DNA from: an uncultured Muribaculaceae bacterium | GTDB taxonomy: Bacteria; Bacteroidota; Bacteroidia; Bacteroidales; Muribaculaceae | Length of the DNA stretch: 64,000 bases | Assembly (NCBI GenBank): GCA_964628205.1 | Contig: CAZVMM010000009.1 | Location: 2,226-66,225, forward strand | Reading direction: 5' to 3' | The notes under the pieces: model-generated | What the model was told of the DNA's origin: nothing | What the model saw: the letters and a program-made list of their open reading frames with translations, nothing else | The model's database searches: none | Program-made: the position numbers and the translations under genes | Shown: positions 19,445-30,261 of the stretch, piece by piece | Layout of the letters: every line of letters starts with the position of its first letter | How positions within the stretch are numbered: the stretch's first letter is position 1

Positions 19445-19594
19445 CCACACTAAAAGGGACAAAAAAGACATAATAATGTCCTTTTTAGGATATCGCAACC
19501 TAATGAAATGCATTTAAAGTTGTGATATTGAGTTTTTTTTGCGAACTTTGCGGCCGATTTTGAATTAACAGACTAGTCAATATATAACTACATC

Positions 19595-20620
19595 ATGGAA
19601 ATTACTGCACAACAACTTGCAGCAATGGTTAACGGTACGGTTGAAGGTGATGCCTCGACCGTGATTAACAACTACGCAAAAATCGAAGAAGCGACCCCAG
19701 GATGCCTCACCTTCCTGGCCAACCCCAAATACACCCACTTTATTTATTCCACTCAGGCTTCGGCAGTTCTCGTACGCAAGGATTTTGAGCCCGAGCACGA
19801 GATCAAGGCCACGCTGATACGCGTCGATGACCCCTACCAGACGCTAGCCGACCTGCTGAACTTTGTCAACAGCCAACGTCCCGCCAAGCATGGTGTGGAG
19901 CAACCAGTCCATGTGGGCCAGGGCACTACCCTGCCCGATGATGTGTATGTCGGCGCGTTCGCCTACATTGGCGATGGTGTTACGATCGGCAAGAATGTTA
20001 AGATTTATCCCCAAGTCTATATAGGGGATGGCGTTGTGCTGGGCGATGATGTAATCCTGTATCCGGGCGTGAAGATTTATCACGGCTGCCGCATCGGCAA
20101 CCGCTGTATCGTTCAGGGTGGAGCCGTCATCGGTGGCGATGGTTTTGGCTTTGCCCCCAAGGAGGACGGGACATACGAGAAGATATCCCAGGTGGGTATC
20201 GTCATAATCGAGGATGACGTGGAAATCGGTGCTAATACGACCGTCGACCGCGCTACCATGGGCGCAACGGTTGTTAAGAGAGGCGCAAAACTCGACAACC
20301 TGATTCAGATAGCCCATAATGTGGAAATCGGCGAATGTACCGTTATGGCTGCACAGGTCGGCGTTGCCGGCTCGACCAAGATCGGCAAGCATAACATGGT
20401 TGGTGGCCAGGTGGGCTTTGCCGGTCACATTACCGTCGGCGACAAGAACGGTATCGGAGCGCAAACGGGCGTCGACAACAGCATCGGCAGCAATGGCAAG
20501 TGGCTGGGAGCCCCCGTGCAGCCAGCGATGGAGTTTGCCAGACAGACCGTTTACCTGAAACGCCTTGGCGAGATGTATAGCGACATTAAAGACCTGAAAA
20601 AGAAGGTAAATAAAGATTAA
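19595..20620 (+). CDS. lpxD: UDP-3-O-acylglucosamine N-acyltransferase
   Basis: 341 aa. Left-handed beta-helix hexapeptide repeats plus an LpxD N-terminal domain. First gene of the lpxD/lpxC-fabZ/lpxA cluster. Confidence 0.95.
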   Translation: MEITAQQLAAMVNGTVEGDASTVINNYAKIEEATPGCLTFLANPKYTHFIYSTQASAVLVRKDFEPEHEIKATLIRVDDPYQTLADLLNFVNSQRPAKHGVEQPVHVGQGTTLPDDVYVGAFAYIGDGVTIGKNVKIYPQVYIGDGVVLGDDVILYPGVKIYHGCRIGNRCIVQGGAVIGGDGFGFAPKEDGTYEKISQVGIVIIEDDVEIGANTTVDRATMGATVVKRGAKLDNLIQIAHNVEIGECTVMAAQVGVAGSTKIGKHNMVGGQVGFAGHITVGDKNGIGAQTGVDNSIGSNGKWLGAPVQPAMEFARQTVYLKRLGEMYSDIKDLKKKVNKD

Positions 20621-20652
20621 CATAGACTGCTTAAAAGCAACCATATCAATCA

Positions 20653-22047
20653 ATGAGACAAACAACACTGCAGAATGCCTTTACCGTGACAGGCAAAGGC
20701 CTACACACAGGACAAATATCAACAGTCACGTTCAAGCCCGCGGATGTGAACACGGGCTATGTCTTCAAGCGCGTTGACCTAGAAGGTCAACCCACCATCG
20801 AGGCGCTGGCCGAGCACGTGATCGAGACCACCCGCGGCACGGTCATCGCGAGCAAGAGCAACAAGGAGGCCCGCGTGAGCACCATCGAGCACGCCCTGGC
20901 TGCCCTGTATGCTGCCGGTATCGACAACTGCCTGATCGAAGTGAACTGTGGCGAGGTTCCCATCCTGGACGGCAGCGCCATCTTCTGGTGTAACGAGATA
21001 GAGAAAGCGGGCATCGTCGAGCAGGAGGCCGAAAAGGAGTTTTATGTCGTGAAGCGCCGCATCAAGGTCGTTGACAAGGAAACCGGCTCGTCGCTTATCG
21101 TTCTGCCCGACGATGATTTCTCGATTGACTGCATGATCGACTATGACTCTCCAGTGCTCAGCAACCAGTTTGCATCACTGAACAACATTCGCCGTTTCAA
21201 AGACGAGATTGCCGGCAGCCGCACTTTTGTGTTTGTCCGCGAAGTGTTACCCCTCATTCATCTCAACCTGATTAAGGGCGGTGACCTGGATAATGCCATT
21301 GTCATCTACGACAGCCCCATGAAGCAAGAGGAGCTGGACCACATGGCCGACGTGATGAACGTCCCCCACAAGCCAGCCAACGAACTGGGCTACCTGAATA
21401 ACAAGCCCCTTGCATTCAAGAACGAGCCTGCCCGCCACAAGTTGCTCGATGTGCTGGGCGACTTGGCCCTGATTGGCCGTCCACTGAAGGGGCGCATTGT
21501 CGCCACTCGTCCTGGCCACACCATCAACACCCAGTTGTCGAAGAAGATACGCCAAGAGTTACGCTACCAGAATGTCCAGGCCCCCATATATGATCCGAAC
21601 AAGGAGCCCCTATACGACATTAACCAGATTCGCACCATGCTGCCTCACCGCTATCCCATGCTCCTGGTCGACAAGATCATCGAGAAGGGCAAAAAGCATG
21701 TTGTGGGCGTAAAGAACGTGACAGCCAACGAGCCTTTCTTCCAGGGTCACTTCCCCAATGAGCCCATCATGCCAGGCGTGCTGCAAGTCGAAGCGATGGC
21801 CCAGGTGGGTGGCATTCTGGTACTGAGCAGCGTTGATGACCCGAGCAACTACTCGACCTATTTCCTCAAGATCGACAACGTCAAGTTCCGTCATAAGGTA
21901 GTCCCTGGTGATACCCTGGTTTTCCACTTGTCGCTGATGACACCGATCCGCCGAGGCACAGCCATCATGAAGGGATACGCCTTTGTCGGTGAGAAGATTG
22001 TCACTGAGGCTGAATTCATGGCGCAGATTGTCAAGAACGCCAAATAA
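20653..22047 (+). CDS. lpxC: bifunctional UDP-3-O-acyl-GlcNAc deacetylase / 3-hydroxyacyl-ACP dehydratase
   Basis: 464 aa. LpxC N-terminal part (TLQNAFTVTGKGLHTG, HTINT) fused to a FabZ hot-dog (LPHRYPMLLVDKI...FFQGHFP). This fusion is typical of Bacteroidota. Confidence 0.95.
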   Translation: MRQTTLQNAFTVTGKGLHTGQISTVTFKPADVNTGYVFKRVDLEGQPTIEALAEHVIETTRGTVIASKSNKEARVSTIEHALAALYAAGIDNCLIEVNCGEVPILDGSAIFWCNEIEKAGIVEQEAEKEFYVVKRRIKVVDKETGSSLIVLPDDDFSIDCMIDYDSPVLSNQFASLNNIRRFKDEIAGSRTFVFVREVLPLIHLNLIKGGDLDNAIVIYDSPMKQEELDHMADVMNVPHKPANELGYLNNKPLAFKNEPARHKLLDVLGDLALIGRPLKGRIVATRPGHTINTQLSKKIRQELRYQNVQAPIYDPNKEPLYDINQIRTMLPHRYPMLLVDKIIEKGKKHVVGVKNVTANEPFFQGHFPNEPIMPGVLQVEAMAQVGGILVLSSVDDPSNYSTYFLKIDNVKFRHKVVPGDTLVFHLSLMTPIRRGTAIMKGYAFVGEKIVTEAEFMAQIVKNAK

Positions 22048-22091
22048 GCATAGCTAAAACGAAACATATATAAAGAATTATACAGACAATA

Positions 22092-22865
22092 ATGGACATC
22101 CATCAATTTGCCGTCGTCCACCCTGACGCAATAATTGGGAAAGACGTGAAGATCGGTCCGTTTGTGACCATCGACGCGAATGTCGAGATCGGTGACGGCA
22201 CCATCATCGACAGTGGAGCCGTCGTGCGCAGTGGTGCGCGCATCGGCAAGAACTGCCACATACATTCTAATGCCGTTGTGTGCGATATTCCCCAGGACCT
22301 GAAGTTCCAGGGCGAAGATACCGTTGCCATTATCGGTGACAACACTGTAATACGTGAGTTTGTGACCATTCATCGCGGCACCGCCTCCAGAGGCAAGACC
22401 GTTATTGGTCAGAATTGCCTGATTATGGCTTATTGCCATGTGGCACACGACTGCGTGGTGGGAGACCATGTCATCATGTCGAATGCCGCACAACTTGCCG
22501 GCGAGGTCGAGGTTGCAGACTGGGCCATCATCGGTGGTGGTGCTCTGGTACACCAGTTCACTCACATCGGTTGCCACGTGATGATTCAGGGTGGTGCCCT
22601 TGTCAACAAGGACATCCCGCCATTTTGCATGGCCGCACGATATCCCATTGCCTATGAAGGGATTAACAAGGTGGGGCTGCATCGTCGTGGATACAGTAGT
22701 GAGCAGATTGATGCGATAGCTGACGTGTATCGTGCCATCTATGACGCAGGCATGAATGTGACTCAAGCCCTTGAGGAGGCGTCCAAGTTGCCTGCCAGCC
22801 CCGACCGCGATATCATCATCGACTTTGTCCGCAACAGCAAGCGCGGCATTGTCCGCAAGCCATAG
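22092..22865 (+). CDS. lpxA: acyl-ACP--UDP-GlcNAc O-acyltransferase
   Basis: 257 aa. Hexapeptide-repeat protein with an LpxA C-terminal helical domain (GLHRRGYS). Confidence 0.95.
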   Translation: MDIHQFAVVHPDAIIGKDVKIGPFVTIDANVEIGDGTIIDSGAVVRSGARIGKNCHIHSNAVVCDIPQDLKFQGEDTVAIIGDNTVIREFVTIHRGTASRGKTVIGQNCLIMAYCHVAHDCVVGDHVIMSNAAQLAGEVEVADWAIIGGGALVHQFTHIGCHVMIQGGALVNKDIPPFCMAARYPIAYEGINKVGLHRRGYSSEQIDAIADVYRAIYDAGMNVTQALEEASKLPASPDRDIIIDFVRNSKRGIVRKP

Positions 22866-22899
22866 CATAGAAGTCCCGTCGAGACCTGCTATATAAAAG

Positions 22900-22949
22900 C
22901 CAACCGTGGAAATGCCGAAATGAGATTTCCACGGTTGGCCGTTTTTTTA
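22900..22949. terminator. bidirectional terminator between lpxA and the convergent TPR gene
   Basis: Perfect 14-bp stem CCAACCGTGGAAAT/ATTTCCACGGTTGG followed by CCGTTTTTTT on +. On the minus strand it is followed by GCTTTTAT. Confidence 0.8.
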
Positions 22950-22962
22950 CTTCAGGATGTTG

Positions 22963-24201
22963 TTATTGCGCTTTCTCTATGGCTTGGAGCTTCTCGGCTT
23001 CGCCCAGTTTGTAATAGATGTCACGCAGGGCGTTGACCAGCTCAGCGTTGCGAGGATTGATAGCATAGGATTTTTCGAGATATGGCAAAGCCTCACGATA
23101 GATGGGATTGACCAGATTGGCCAGTTTTTTGCCATATAATCGGCTATTCTGCCGTGTTTCCTGTGCTTTGTTATAGAAGTATCGTCCCACATTGAACAAT
23201 CCGTTAGCATTGCTATCGTTGAGCTCAACACATTTCTGATAATAGGGGAAGGCCTCGTAGATGTCCTCCTTACTCTCGATGACAAGCCCCTTGAGGTTAA
23301 GCAACTCGTCATCATCGGGATTGGCCAGCATAGCCTCGTCGATGAGATCGTTGGCACCCGAATAATCCTCACGCCCGATGAAATCGTTGATCAGGATACG
23401 GATATACTGGGGGTCGCTGGTGCCATACTTGATATAGGCTTCCCATGCAAGCCTGACAACCTCGGTCTCATTACCCAGGTCACTGAGGCACACCAGGGCG
23501 TAATCATAGGCTTCCTTGCGATTATAACCAGAGTGACGGGCTATGCTGAACAGGCGCACTGCATCGATGGTGTCCCCTTTTTGCCACGCGGCGATACCTT
23601 GGTAGTAACGCACTTCGGCGACAAGGCTGTCGGGCTTGATCCAGCGATGGTCGTCGGTGCGTGCTGCCATGCGGCAATAGTCTTCCCAGACCTGATAAGC
23701 ACCCTCCCAGTCCTTGACATTGTAGAGGTCGCTGCCTGCCAACCGGTAATCGTCGTGATGGTCCACGAGGCGGTTTACGACTTCCTTGCTGTACTTGGTC
23801 TTGACCTGCGGTTTCCTGGTCTTCTTGTCGATGACGGGCTCACCTTTCTTGTTCAGGATATGGATGGTATCGAGCTTGAGAGCGTTCAGGCTGTAATCAT
23901 AGGCATCGATGAGCGTATGGCCCATAGCCTTGATGTCAATCTTCTTTCCCACACGGCGGTTATCCATGTACTTGTCATACTGCTCTAACTTGATGCGGGT
24001 GGCCAGCGCCCATGTTTCGGCGCGATTACGTGTCTCGTCGTTAGTCAGAGCGGGTTTCAGCTTGCCGAAGGCCTTCTCATAGCTATCAACAGTCATTGTT
24101 AGGCCGCTTAGTAGCTTCTTGGCCTGGTCAATCTGCAGTTGCTGAGATGATGCTGCCATAGCAACGCAAAATAATATCGTGATAATAACAATCTTTTTCA
24201 C
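22963..24201 (-). CDS. secreted TPR-repeat protein (paralog of the next gene)
   Basis: 412 aa with signal peptide MKKIVIITILFCVAMAASSQ and a TPR-like helical repeat pattern. Shares KTKYSKEVVNRLVDH with KTKYSKDIVANLVAH in 24353..25519. Confidence 0.8.
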   Translation of the reverse strand: MKKIVIITILFCVAMAASSQQLQIDQAKKLLSGLTMTVDSYEKAFGKLKPALTNDETRNRAETWALATRIKLEQYDKYMDNRRVGKKIDIKAMGHTLIDAYDYSLNALKLDTIHILNKKGEPVIDKKTRKPQVKTKYSKEVVNRLVDHHDDYRLAGSDLYNVKDWEGAYQVWEDYCRMAARTDDHRWIKPDSLVAEVRYYQGIAAWQKGDTIDAVRLFSIARHSGYNRKEAYDYALVCLSDLGNETEVVRLAWEAYIKYGTSDPQYIRILINDFIGREDYSGANDLIDEAMLANPDDDELLNLKGLVIESKEDIYEAFPYYQKCVELNDSNANGLFNVGRYFYNKAQETRQNSRLYGKKLANLVNPIYREALPYLEKSYAINPRNAELVNALRDIYYKLGEAEKLQAIEKAQ

Positions 24202-24228
24202 TATATGTTTTCCTCATTAAAAACGCTG

Positions 24229-24236
24229 CAAAAGTA
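24229..24236 (-). promoter_or_regulatory. -7 box TACTTTTG for TPR gene 22963..24201
   Basis: CAAAAGTA on the + strand, 28 nt upstream of ATG 24201. Confidence 0.45.
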
Positions 24237-24352
24237 GAGAAAAATCCCAAAATATACAATATTTCCTACGCTTTCACGAGAGATATAGAATCGATGAGCG
24301 CCGGAGACGGGCTCCAGCGCTCACATTTAGTTCAAAAAGGGAGTTTCAGTTT

Positions 24353-25519
24353 TTATTTAGCATACTGCTGCAGTCCCATGATGTCAACCAGCCAATAGCG
24401 AATGTTGTCCAGCAGGTTCTTTGCATTGGGAACTTCAGGATTAAGCTCGATGGCCTTCTCAAGCAGAGGAATTGCCTGGTCGTAGAGGGGCTGAACCTTA
24501 GGCAAGAGGTCCTTGTTGGAAGCATCGGGATTTGAATCAACAATCTGCTGTGCCTTCAGCACGAGGCATCTTGCGGCATCAGAGTATGCATTAGGATAGG
24601 AGGGATCCACCTGAATGGCTTTTTCATAGAAAGGCATAGCCGCTTCGGGACCGTTTTGCAATTCAGCGGTAAAGCCCTTGATATCATACAGCACAGCATT
24701 GTTGGGATCACTGCTGATGGCATTGTCGATATAGGACATAGCCTTGTCATACTCCTTGTTGTCAATCATGCCTTGTACGACATTGGCCAGAGATGATGTC
24801 ATGATGCCAACGATGTTGTTGCTGTTGTATCCCATCTTGTGAGATTTGGAGCAATTCTCATAAGCACCAGCATAGTCCTTGCTGAAATACTGTGAGAATC
24901 CCTGCAGGAAGCGAATCTCGGCAATTGAGCTGTCAGGATACACGATATTATTCTTCTTGGCAAACGATGAGGTCGCCATGTCAGCAAAGTAACCATAAGC
25001 ATCAGCTGCCAAATCCCATTTCTCAGCATTTCTGCAATTGTCAGCCACGCGCAAGATGTCATTCATATGAGCGACCAGGTTAGCGACAATGTCTTTGCTA
25101 TATTTCGTCTTGATCTTCTTGCTGCCGTCCTTGTTCAGCTTGAGGGATCCATCTTTGTTCACTTCAGGAACACTGTCCATGGGCAGAGCCTTCAAGTAAT
25201 ACTCGTAGCCTGAAAGCAGTGCGGAACCCATCATCTCAGTATCAACAGCATCTGGCTTAAGAAGCTGCACCTTATACATCTCGTCAAACAGGCCGAATGC
25301 TGCTTTTCCAGCGGTGTACCAGGTCAGCACGTTGTTAGCGCTCTCAGGATTAGTCAAAGCAGGTTCGATACTCTGCAATACCTCCATCATAGCATTCACA
25401 TCGTTGGATGCGGCCTTCTTTTCGAGGTCTTTCACGAGGCTCATCTGAGCCGATGCGCTAAACGCCATCATGACAGCGGCTGCGCCGAAAAGAATCATCT
25501 TTTTCATTTTTGTTAACAA
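24353..25519 (-). CDS. secreted TPR-repeat protein
   Basis: 388 aa. The signal peptide starts at M5 (MKKMILFGAAAVMMAFSASA, alternative start 25507). TPR-like repeats. Lies immediately downstream of gyrA. Confidence 0.8.
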   Translation of the reverse strand: MLTKMKKMILFGAAAVMMAFSASAQMSLVKDLEKKAASNDVNAMMEVLQSIEPALTNPESANNVLTWYTAGKAAFGLFDEMYKVQLLKPDAVDTEMMGSALLSGYEYYLKALPMDSVPEVNKDGSLKLNKDGSKKIKTKYSKDIVANLVAHMNDILRVADNCRNAEKWDLAADAYGYFADMATSSFAKKNNIVYPDSSIAEIRFLQGFSQYFSKDYAGAYENCSKSHKMGYNSNNIVGIMTSSLANVVQGMIDNKEYDKAMSYIDNAISSDPNNAVLYDIKGFTAELQNGPEAAMPFYEKAIQVDPSYPNAYSDAARCLVLKAQQIVDSNPDASNKDLLPKVQPLYDQAIPLLEKAIELNPEVPNAKNLLDNIRYWLVDIMGLQQYAK

Positions 25520-25529
25520 TTAAGTTGGT

Positions 25530-28088
25530 TTATAATGTTTGTTCGTTATCGTTTTGTGAGTTCTCGGAGTTCTGATCGTTCTCAGGAACCTCAGAGGGCT
25601 CGTTATTGTCGTTGAAGGCGTCGCGTACGCTCTCCTCATCGGTACCCTCGGGCTCAGTGTCTACCTTGCAAACGCTTGCTATCTCGTCGTTTTTCTTCTC
25701 AAGGTTGATCAGCCGTACGCCCTGGGTGGCGCGTCCCACGACACGCAGTGAGCTAACCCGTAGCCTGATGGCGATGCCGCTCTTGTTGATGATGACAAGG
25801 TCGTTATCGTCGTTCACATTCTTAATTGCAATAAGCTTGCCAGTCTTGGGGGTAATGTTAATGGTTTTAACACCCTTTCCGCCACGATTGGTCACACGAT
25901 AGTCCTCAAGGGCGCTGCGCTTGCCCATACCCTGCTCCGACACCACGAGGACATCGTCGCGGGTTCCGGCACGCATACAGATCATGCCGATAACCTCATC
26001 GCCTTCGCTCAGTTTCATGCCCTTGACACCGGTGGCAGTGCGGCCCATCGATCGCACCTTGTTCTCATTGAAGCGGAGGGCATAGCCCTTGCTGTTGGCC
26101 AGGATAACCTCGCTGTCGCCCTCGGTGAGGATAGCGCCCACAAGCTGATCGTCGTCAGCGATGTTGAGTGCGCGAACACCATTGGCACGCGGACGCGCGT
26201 AAGCGCTGAGGCTTGTACGCTTGACGATACCATTCTTGGTGGCAAAGACGATGAAGTGGGACTGGTTGTACTCAGGATCGGTGAGAGCTGTAGCACGGAC
26301 AAAGGCCATAATGCGGTTCTCGGCATCCAGGTTAAGCAGATTCTGGATAGCACGTCCCTTGCTGTTCTTGGCTCCCTCGGGAATTTCGAACACGCGCAGC
26401 CAGAAGCAGCGTCCCGTAGCCGTAAAGAATAGCATGTAATTGTGATTGGTGGCTTCGTAAACATACTCGATGAAATCCTCATCGCGTGTGTCACTGCCCT
26501 TGGCCCCCACGCCACCACGTGCCTGAGCACGGTACTCCTTGAGCGGGGTGCGCTTGATATAACCGAAGTGAGAGATGGTGATGATCATGGGATCGTCGCT
26601 GTAGAAGTCCTCAGCATTCATCTCCTCACTGGAATACTCAATCTGTGTGCGACGCTCATCGCCAAATTTCTCTTTGACCTCAATCAATTCCTGTTCGATG
26701 ACCTTGCGGCACTCGGCGGGGTCGTCCAGGATGGCCTGCAGATGCTCGATGGTCTTGCGCACCTCGGCCAACTCGTTGTGCAGCTTTTCCTGCTCCAAGC
26801 CGGTGAGCTGGCGCAGACGCATTTCGACGATGGCACGTGCCTGGATCTCGGTGAGATTGAAGCGTTCGCACAACCGCTGAATGGCGTGGTCGGTCGAGTC
26901 ACTGCTCTTGATGATTGCAATGACCTCGTCGATGTTGTCGCTGGCGATAATGAGTCCCTCGAGGATATGGGCACGTTCCTTGGCCTTCTTGAGGTCATAC
27001 TGGGTGCGGCGGATCACCACCTCGTGGCGATGCTCCAGGAAGTAGTGGAGCAGCTGCTTGAGGTTGAGCAACATGGGACGCCCGTTAACCAGACACACGT
27101 TGTTCACGCTGAATGATGACTGCAGCTCAGTCATCTTGTAGAGCTTATTGAGCAGCACGTTGGGGTTGAAGTCCTTCTTGACGTCGATGACGATGCGCAT
27201 GCCGTGGCGGTCGCTCTCATCGTTGATGTCTGAAATGCCTTCAATCTTCTTTTCCTCGACGAGACGTGCGATGTTCTCGATGAGGTCTTTCTTATTGACG
27301 TTGTATGGGATCTCGTTGACCACAATGCGCTCGTGATTGTGCTCGGTCTCGATTTCAGCCTTAGCACGCACGACGATGCGTCCGCGTCCGGTCTCGAACG
27401 CATCCCTAACGCCCTGATATCCATAGATGATACCGCCCGTGGGGAAGTCGGGGGCCTTGATATAGGACATCAGGTCGCTCACTTCCATTTCGGGGTCCTC
27501 GAGCAAGGCCAGACATCCATCGATGCACTCACCCAGATTATGGGGGGCCATATTGGTGGCCATGCCGACGGCAATACCCGTGGCACCGTTCACCAGCAGG
27601 TTGGGAATGCGGGTAGGCAGCACTGAAGGCTCCTCGAGCGTGTTGTCGAAGTTTGGCACGAAGTCGACGGTATCCTTGTCCATGTCTTCCATCATGCTCT
27701 CGCCCATCTTGTCGAGACGCACCTCGGTGTAACGCATGGCAGCGGGGCTGTCACCGTCGACCGAACCGAAGTTACCCTGGCCATCGACCAGCGGGTAGCG
27801 CATAGCCCAATCCTGGGCCAGACGAACCATAGCAAGGTAAACCGACGAGTCGCCGTGGGGATGGTACTTACCAAGCACGTCACCGACGATACGTGCCGAT
27901 TTCTTGTAGGCAGCATTGGAATAGTTGCGTAACTTGTCCATGCCATAGAGTACCCTGCGGTGCACCGGCTTGAAGCCGTCGCGCACATCGGGTAGCGCAC
28001 GCGAAACGATAACCGACATCGAGTAATCGATGTAGCTGGTCTTCATTTCGTTCTCAATGTTGATCTCTAGAATTCGATCGTTGTTCAT
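25530..28088 (-). CDS. gyrA: DNA gyrase subunit A
   Basis: 852 aa. Active-site region AAMRYTE, a QRDR-like HPHGDSSVY, and GyrA-box beta-pinwheel repeats. Confidence 0.98.
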   Translation of the reverse strand: MNNDRILEINIENEMKTSYIDYSMSVIVSRALPDVRDGFKPVHRRVLYGMDKLRNYSNAAYKKSARIVGDVLGKYHPHGDSSVYLAMVRLAQDWAMRYPLVDGQGNFGSVDGDSPAAMRYTEVRLDKMGESMMEDMDKDTVDFVPNFDNTLEEPSVLPTRIPNLLVNGATGIAVGMATNMAPHNLGECIDGCLALLEDPEMEVSDLMSYIKAPDFPTGGIIYGYQGVRDAFETGRGRIVVRAKAEIETEHNHERIVVNEIPYNVNKKDLIENIARLVEEKKIEGISDINDESDRHGMRIVIDVKKDFNPNVLLNKLYKMTELQSSFSVNNVCLVNGRPMLLNLKQLLHYFLEHRHEVVIRRTQYDLKKAKERAHILEGLIIASDNIDEVIAIIKSSDSTDHAIQRLCERFNLTEIQARAIVEMRLRQLTGLEQEKLHNELAEVRKTIEHLQAILDDPAECRKVIEQELIEVKEKFGDERRTQIEYSSEEMNAEDFYSDDPMIITISHFGYIKRTPLKEYRAQARGGVGAKGSDTRDEDFIEYVYEATNHNYMLFFTATGRCFWLRVFEIPEGAKNSKGRAIQNLLNLDAENRIMAFVRATALTDPEYNQSHFIVFATKNGIVKRTSLSAYARPRANGVRALNIADDDQLVGAILTEGDSEVILANSKGYALRFNENKVRSMGRTATGVKGMKLSEGDEVIGMICMRAGTRDDVLVVSEQGMGKRSALEDYRVTNRGGKGVKTINITPKTGKLIAIKNVNDDNDLVIINKSGIAIRLRVSSLRVVGRATQGVRLINLEKKNDEIASVCKVDTEPEGTDEESVRDAFNDNNEPSEVPENDQNSENSQNDNEQTL

Positions 28089-28186
28089 TATTCAATCTTT
28101 ACTTTTAAATCTGTTCACGGACAGCGCACTGCAGGCTAACAGTCGCCCCAGGCTAGCACGCGTGCCCCGATATTAGGTTTAACCTA

Positions 28187-28194
28187 CAAATTTA
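28187..28194 (-). promoter_or_regulatory. -7 box TAAATTTG for gyrA
   Basis: CAAATTTA on the + strand, 99 nt upstream of ATG 28088. Confidence 0.4.
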
Positions 28195-28359
28195 CGCACA
28201 TTTTTTCAATCAACAATTCGTTTTGCGCCACTTTTTGACTGGCGTTGGGGCAAAATGTTTAAAAAGCACCTCAATTTTAATAAAAAAGTCACAACCGCCC
28301 ATTTGGTGCCGGCATCGGCAAGCGGAATTACAGTGGACAGCAGGCTGCCCGACGAGAAA

Positions 28360-28396
28360 GTGGGGGCGAATCCGCTTCCGCAAAATTCACCCCCAC
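28360..28396 (-). terminator. possible terminator hairpin after dnaA
   Basis: 7-bp stem GTGGGGG/CCCCCAC with a 23-nt loop, 24 nt after the dnaA stop. Followed on the minus strand by TTTCTCG. Confidence 0.3.
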
Positions 28397-28419
28397 ACTC
28401 GACTTTCTTGACTTGAATG

Positions 28420-29826
28420 CTATTGGGTCAGGCTGGCAGTAATCGCCTGTACTTCTCTTGAGAAATCCTTCTCGATGGTCATGCGTTGCTCTATCTGAAT
28501 GCAGGCATGAAGCACCGTGGCGTGGGTGCGGTCGAGCTTGGCGCCGATGCTAGTCGACGACATCTGGGCCTCCTTCTTGGCCAGATACATCACCAGCTGG
28601 CGCGCATCGCTGATTTCGCGTTTGCGCGACTTGCCATAGATCATGTCTGTCGACAGGTTATAGTAGTCGGCCACTGTCTCGGCAATCGACTCGAATGTCA
28701 CTTGCCGCTGGCTCACCCTGACCGTGTTGCCGATGACCGAGCATGCAAGGTCGATGGTGATGTCCTGTCCCAGCATCGTGGCATGGGCAAGCAGGGAAAC
28801 CATCACACCCTCGAGCTCGCGGACGCTCTCGGTGACATGGCTGGCGATGAAGTCGAGCACCTCGTCATCAATACTCAGGCCGTCCTGGGCAGCTCTCATG
28901 GCCAGGAACTTGCGGCGCAACTCATAGTCCGGCTTCTCCAGTTCCACCGTCATGCCCCACTTGAAGCGGGAAATCAGCCTGGGTTCCATGCCATCGAGGT
29001 CGCTCGGGCGGCAATCGCTCGACATTACCAACTGGCGCTGGTGCTGATGCAGGTGATTGAAGATGTGGAAGAACGTGTTCTGCGTGCCAGGCTTGCCAGC
29101 CAGGAACTGGATATCGTCGAGCAGGAGCACATCGATATTCTGGTAGAAGTTGATGAAGTCGTTGACCTTCTTCTGAATAACTGCTGCCGTTGTGTATTGA
29201 CTCTCAAAGACTCTGGCCGATACATAGAGCACCCTCATGCGCGGATATTTTTCCTTCAACTTAATGCCGATGGCTTGTAGCAGGTGGGTCTTGCCCACTC
29301 CCGTCGGTCCGAAGACAAACAGGGGGTTATAGGTCTTCACCTCAGGATGTTCGGCAATGGCCTGGCCGATGCTCACAGCGAGCTTGTTGCTCATGCTGCT
29401 GCAATAATTCTCGAAGGTGTATTTCGGGTTAAGTTGCGGGTCAATGTCATCAAGCGTGTCACCTTGTTCGAAGGGATTAGCAACACGGGGTTTCTGAATC
29501 TTGAGTGTTTGCTTGAGTTTGACGCTCGAGTTATCTTCAGTCTGCTCAACAGCGCTGGCATCGTCATCGCCTACCACATTATATTTATAGGTCAGCCTGA
29601 CATTCTCGCCAAAGACCTTCTTCAAGGCCGCCGAGAGGATGGTGATGTATCTGCCCTCGATCTGCTCCACAAAGAACTTTGAAGGCACCCTAAGCGTCAC
29701 ACGGTCGTTTTCCTGGTCATAGTCAACGGCAACAATGGGAGCAAACCAAACATCAAACTGTTCGGTCGGCAAGTTTGCCTTGATGACGTCAAGGCAGCGG
29801 TTCCACTGTTGTGCAACGTTAAACAT
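28420..29826 (-). CDS. dnaA: chromosomal replication initiator DnaA
   Basis: 468 aa. AAA+ Walker A GPTGVGKTHL, Walker B LLLDDIQF, and the C-terminal DnaA box-binding helix (…ARQLVMYLAK…IGAKLDRTHATVLHA). Confidence 0.98.
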   Translation of the reverse strand: MFNVAQQWNRCLDVIKANLPTEQFDVWFAPIVAVDYDQENDRVTLRVPSKFFVEQIEGRYITILSAALKKVFGENVRLTYKYNVVGDDDASAVEQTEDNSSVKLKQTLKIQKPRVANPFEQGDTLDDIDPQLNPKYTFENYCSSMSNKLAVSIGQAIAEHPEVKTYNPLFVFGPTGVGKTHLLQAIGIKLKEKYPRMRVLYVSARVFESQYTTAAVIQKKVNDFINFYQNIDVLLLDDIQFLAGKPGTQNTFFHIFNHLHQHQRQLVMSSDCRPSDLDGMEPRLISRFKWGMTVELEKPDYELRRKFLAMRAAQDGLSIDDEVLDFIASHVTESVRELEGVMVSLLAHATMLGQDITIDLACSVIGNTVRVSQRQVTFESIAETVADYYNLSTDMIYGKSRKREISDARQLVMYLAKKEAQMSSTSIGAKLDRTHATVLHACIQIEQRMTIEKDFSREVQAITASLTQ

Positions 29827-30130
29827 TTTCTCAAAAATTTCTTAGTAATGGTTGTTTGCTTAGTGCTTTTTGCAGTACAAATTTCGGTCAATAATTTCTT
29901 AAAAAAAAGTGCTTAAAAAATTTGGAATTTTCAAATCAATGATAACAATATTGAAAAACAACAGGTTACAACCCGCTTAGCATTTTTTAAAAAATACTAT
30001 TCATTTTTTTCTGCATACAACTATAAATCAGCCGATTAACCATCGATGGCATGAGCACCTATTCTTTTGGGCACTAACGCAACATGCTGTTATTTCAATA
30101 TTTTAAAAATCTAAAATCCGAAAACAGTAA

Positions 30131-30176
30131 TTTTCAAAAAAATCTCTATTTAGACATAATCCAAATAGAGATTTTT
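30131..30176 (-). terminator. rho-independent terminator of the MlaD-like gene
   Basis: Perfect 14-bp stem AAAAATCTCTATTT/AAATAGAGATTTTT (30138..30151 and 30163..30176). On the minus strand the stem runs into a T-tract (TTTTTTTG). Confidence 0.7.
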
Positions 30177-30261
30177 GATGTCATTTTTATGTATTCAGTC
30201 TGCGGCGTTTCTGAGTCAGTGCAGACACTCGCTCATAAATGATATGCCAGGCCGACATCGC

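Noticed and set aside
28223-28411. A 62-aa basic ORF, and possible structured RNA (AAGCGGA...TCCGCTT and GTGGGGG...CCCCCAC stems), in the 331-bp dnaA-gyrA spacer.
   Set aside because: The ORF has no promoter box or plausible start context and overlaps the likely dnaA terminator hairpin. The stems are short with large loops. I cannot distinguish a ncRNA from terminator or leader structure without covariation or expression data.
29827-30261. A 435-bp A/T-rich gap upstream of dnaA as a candidate oriC. It contains the 14-nt palindrome ATTTTTTAAAAAAT at 29982..29995 and many A/T tracts.
   Set aside because: Reading both strands I found no TTATCCACA-type DnaA box with one mismatch or fewer. The best match is TAATCCAAA, inside the loop of the MlaD-gene terminator. 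Part of the gap is explained by that terminator (30131..30176). Most genes to the right (dnaK, tamAB, glgP and others) point toward this site, which does not fit co-orientation with replication. Only a GC-skew and DnaA-box scan (Ori-Finder) on the whole replicon could settle it.
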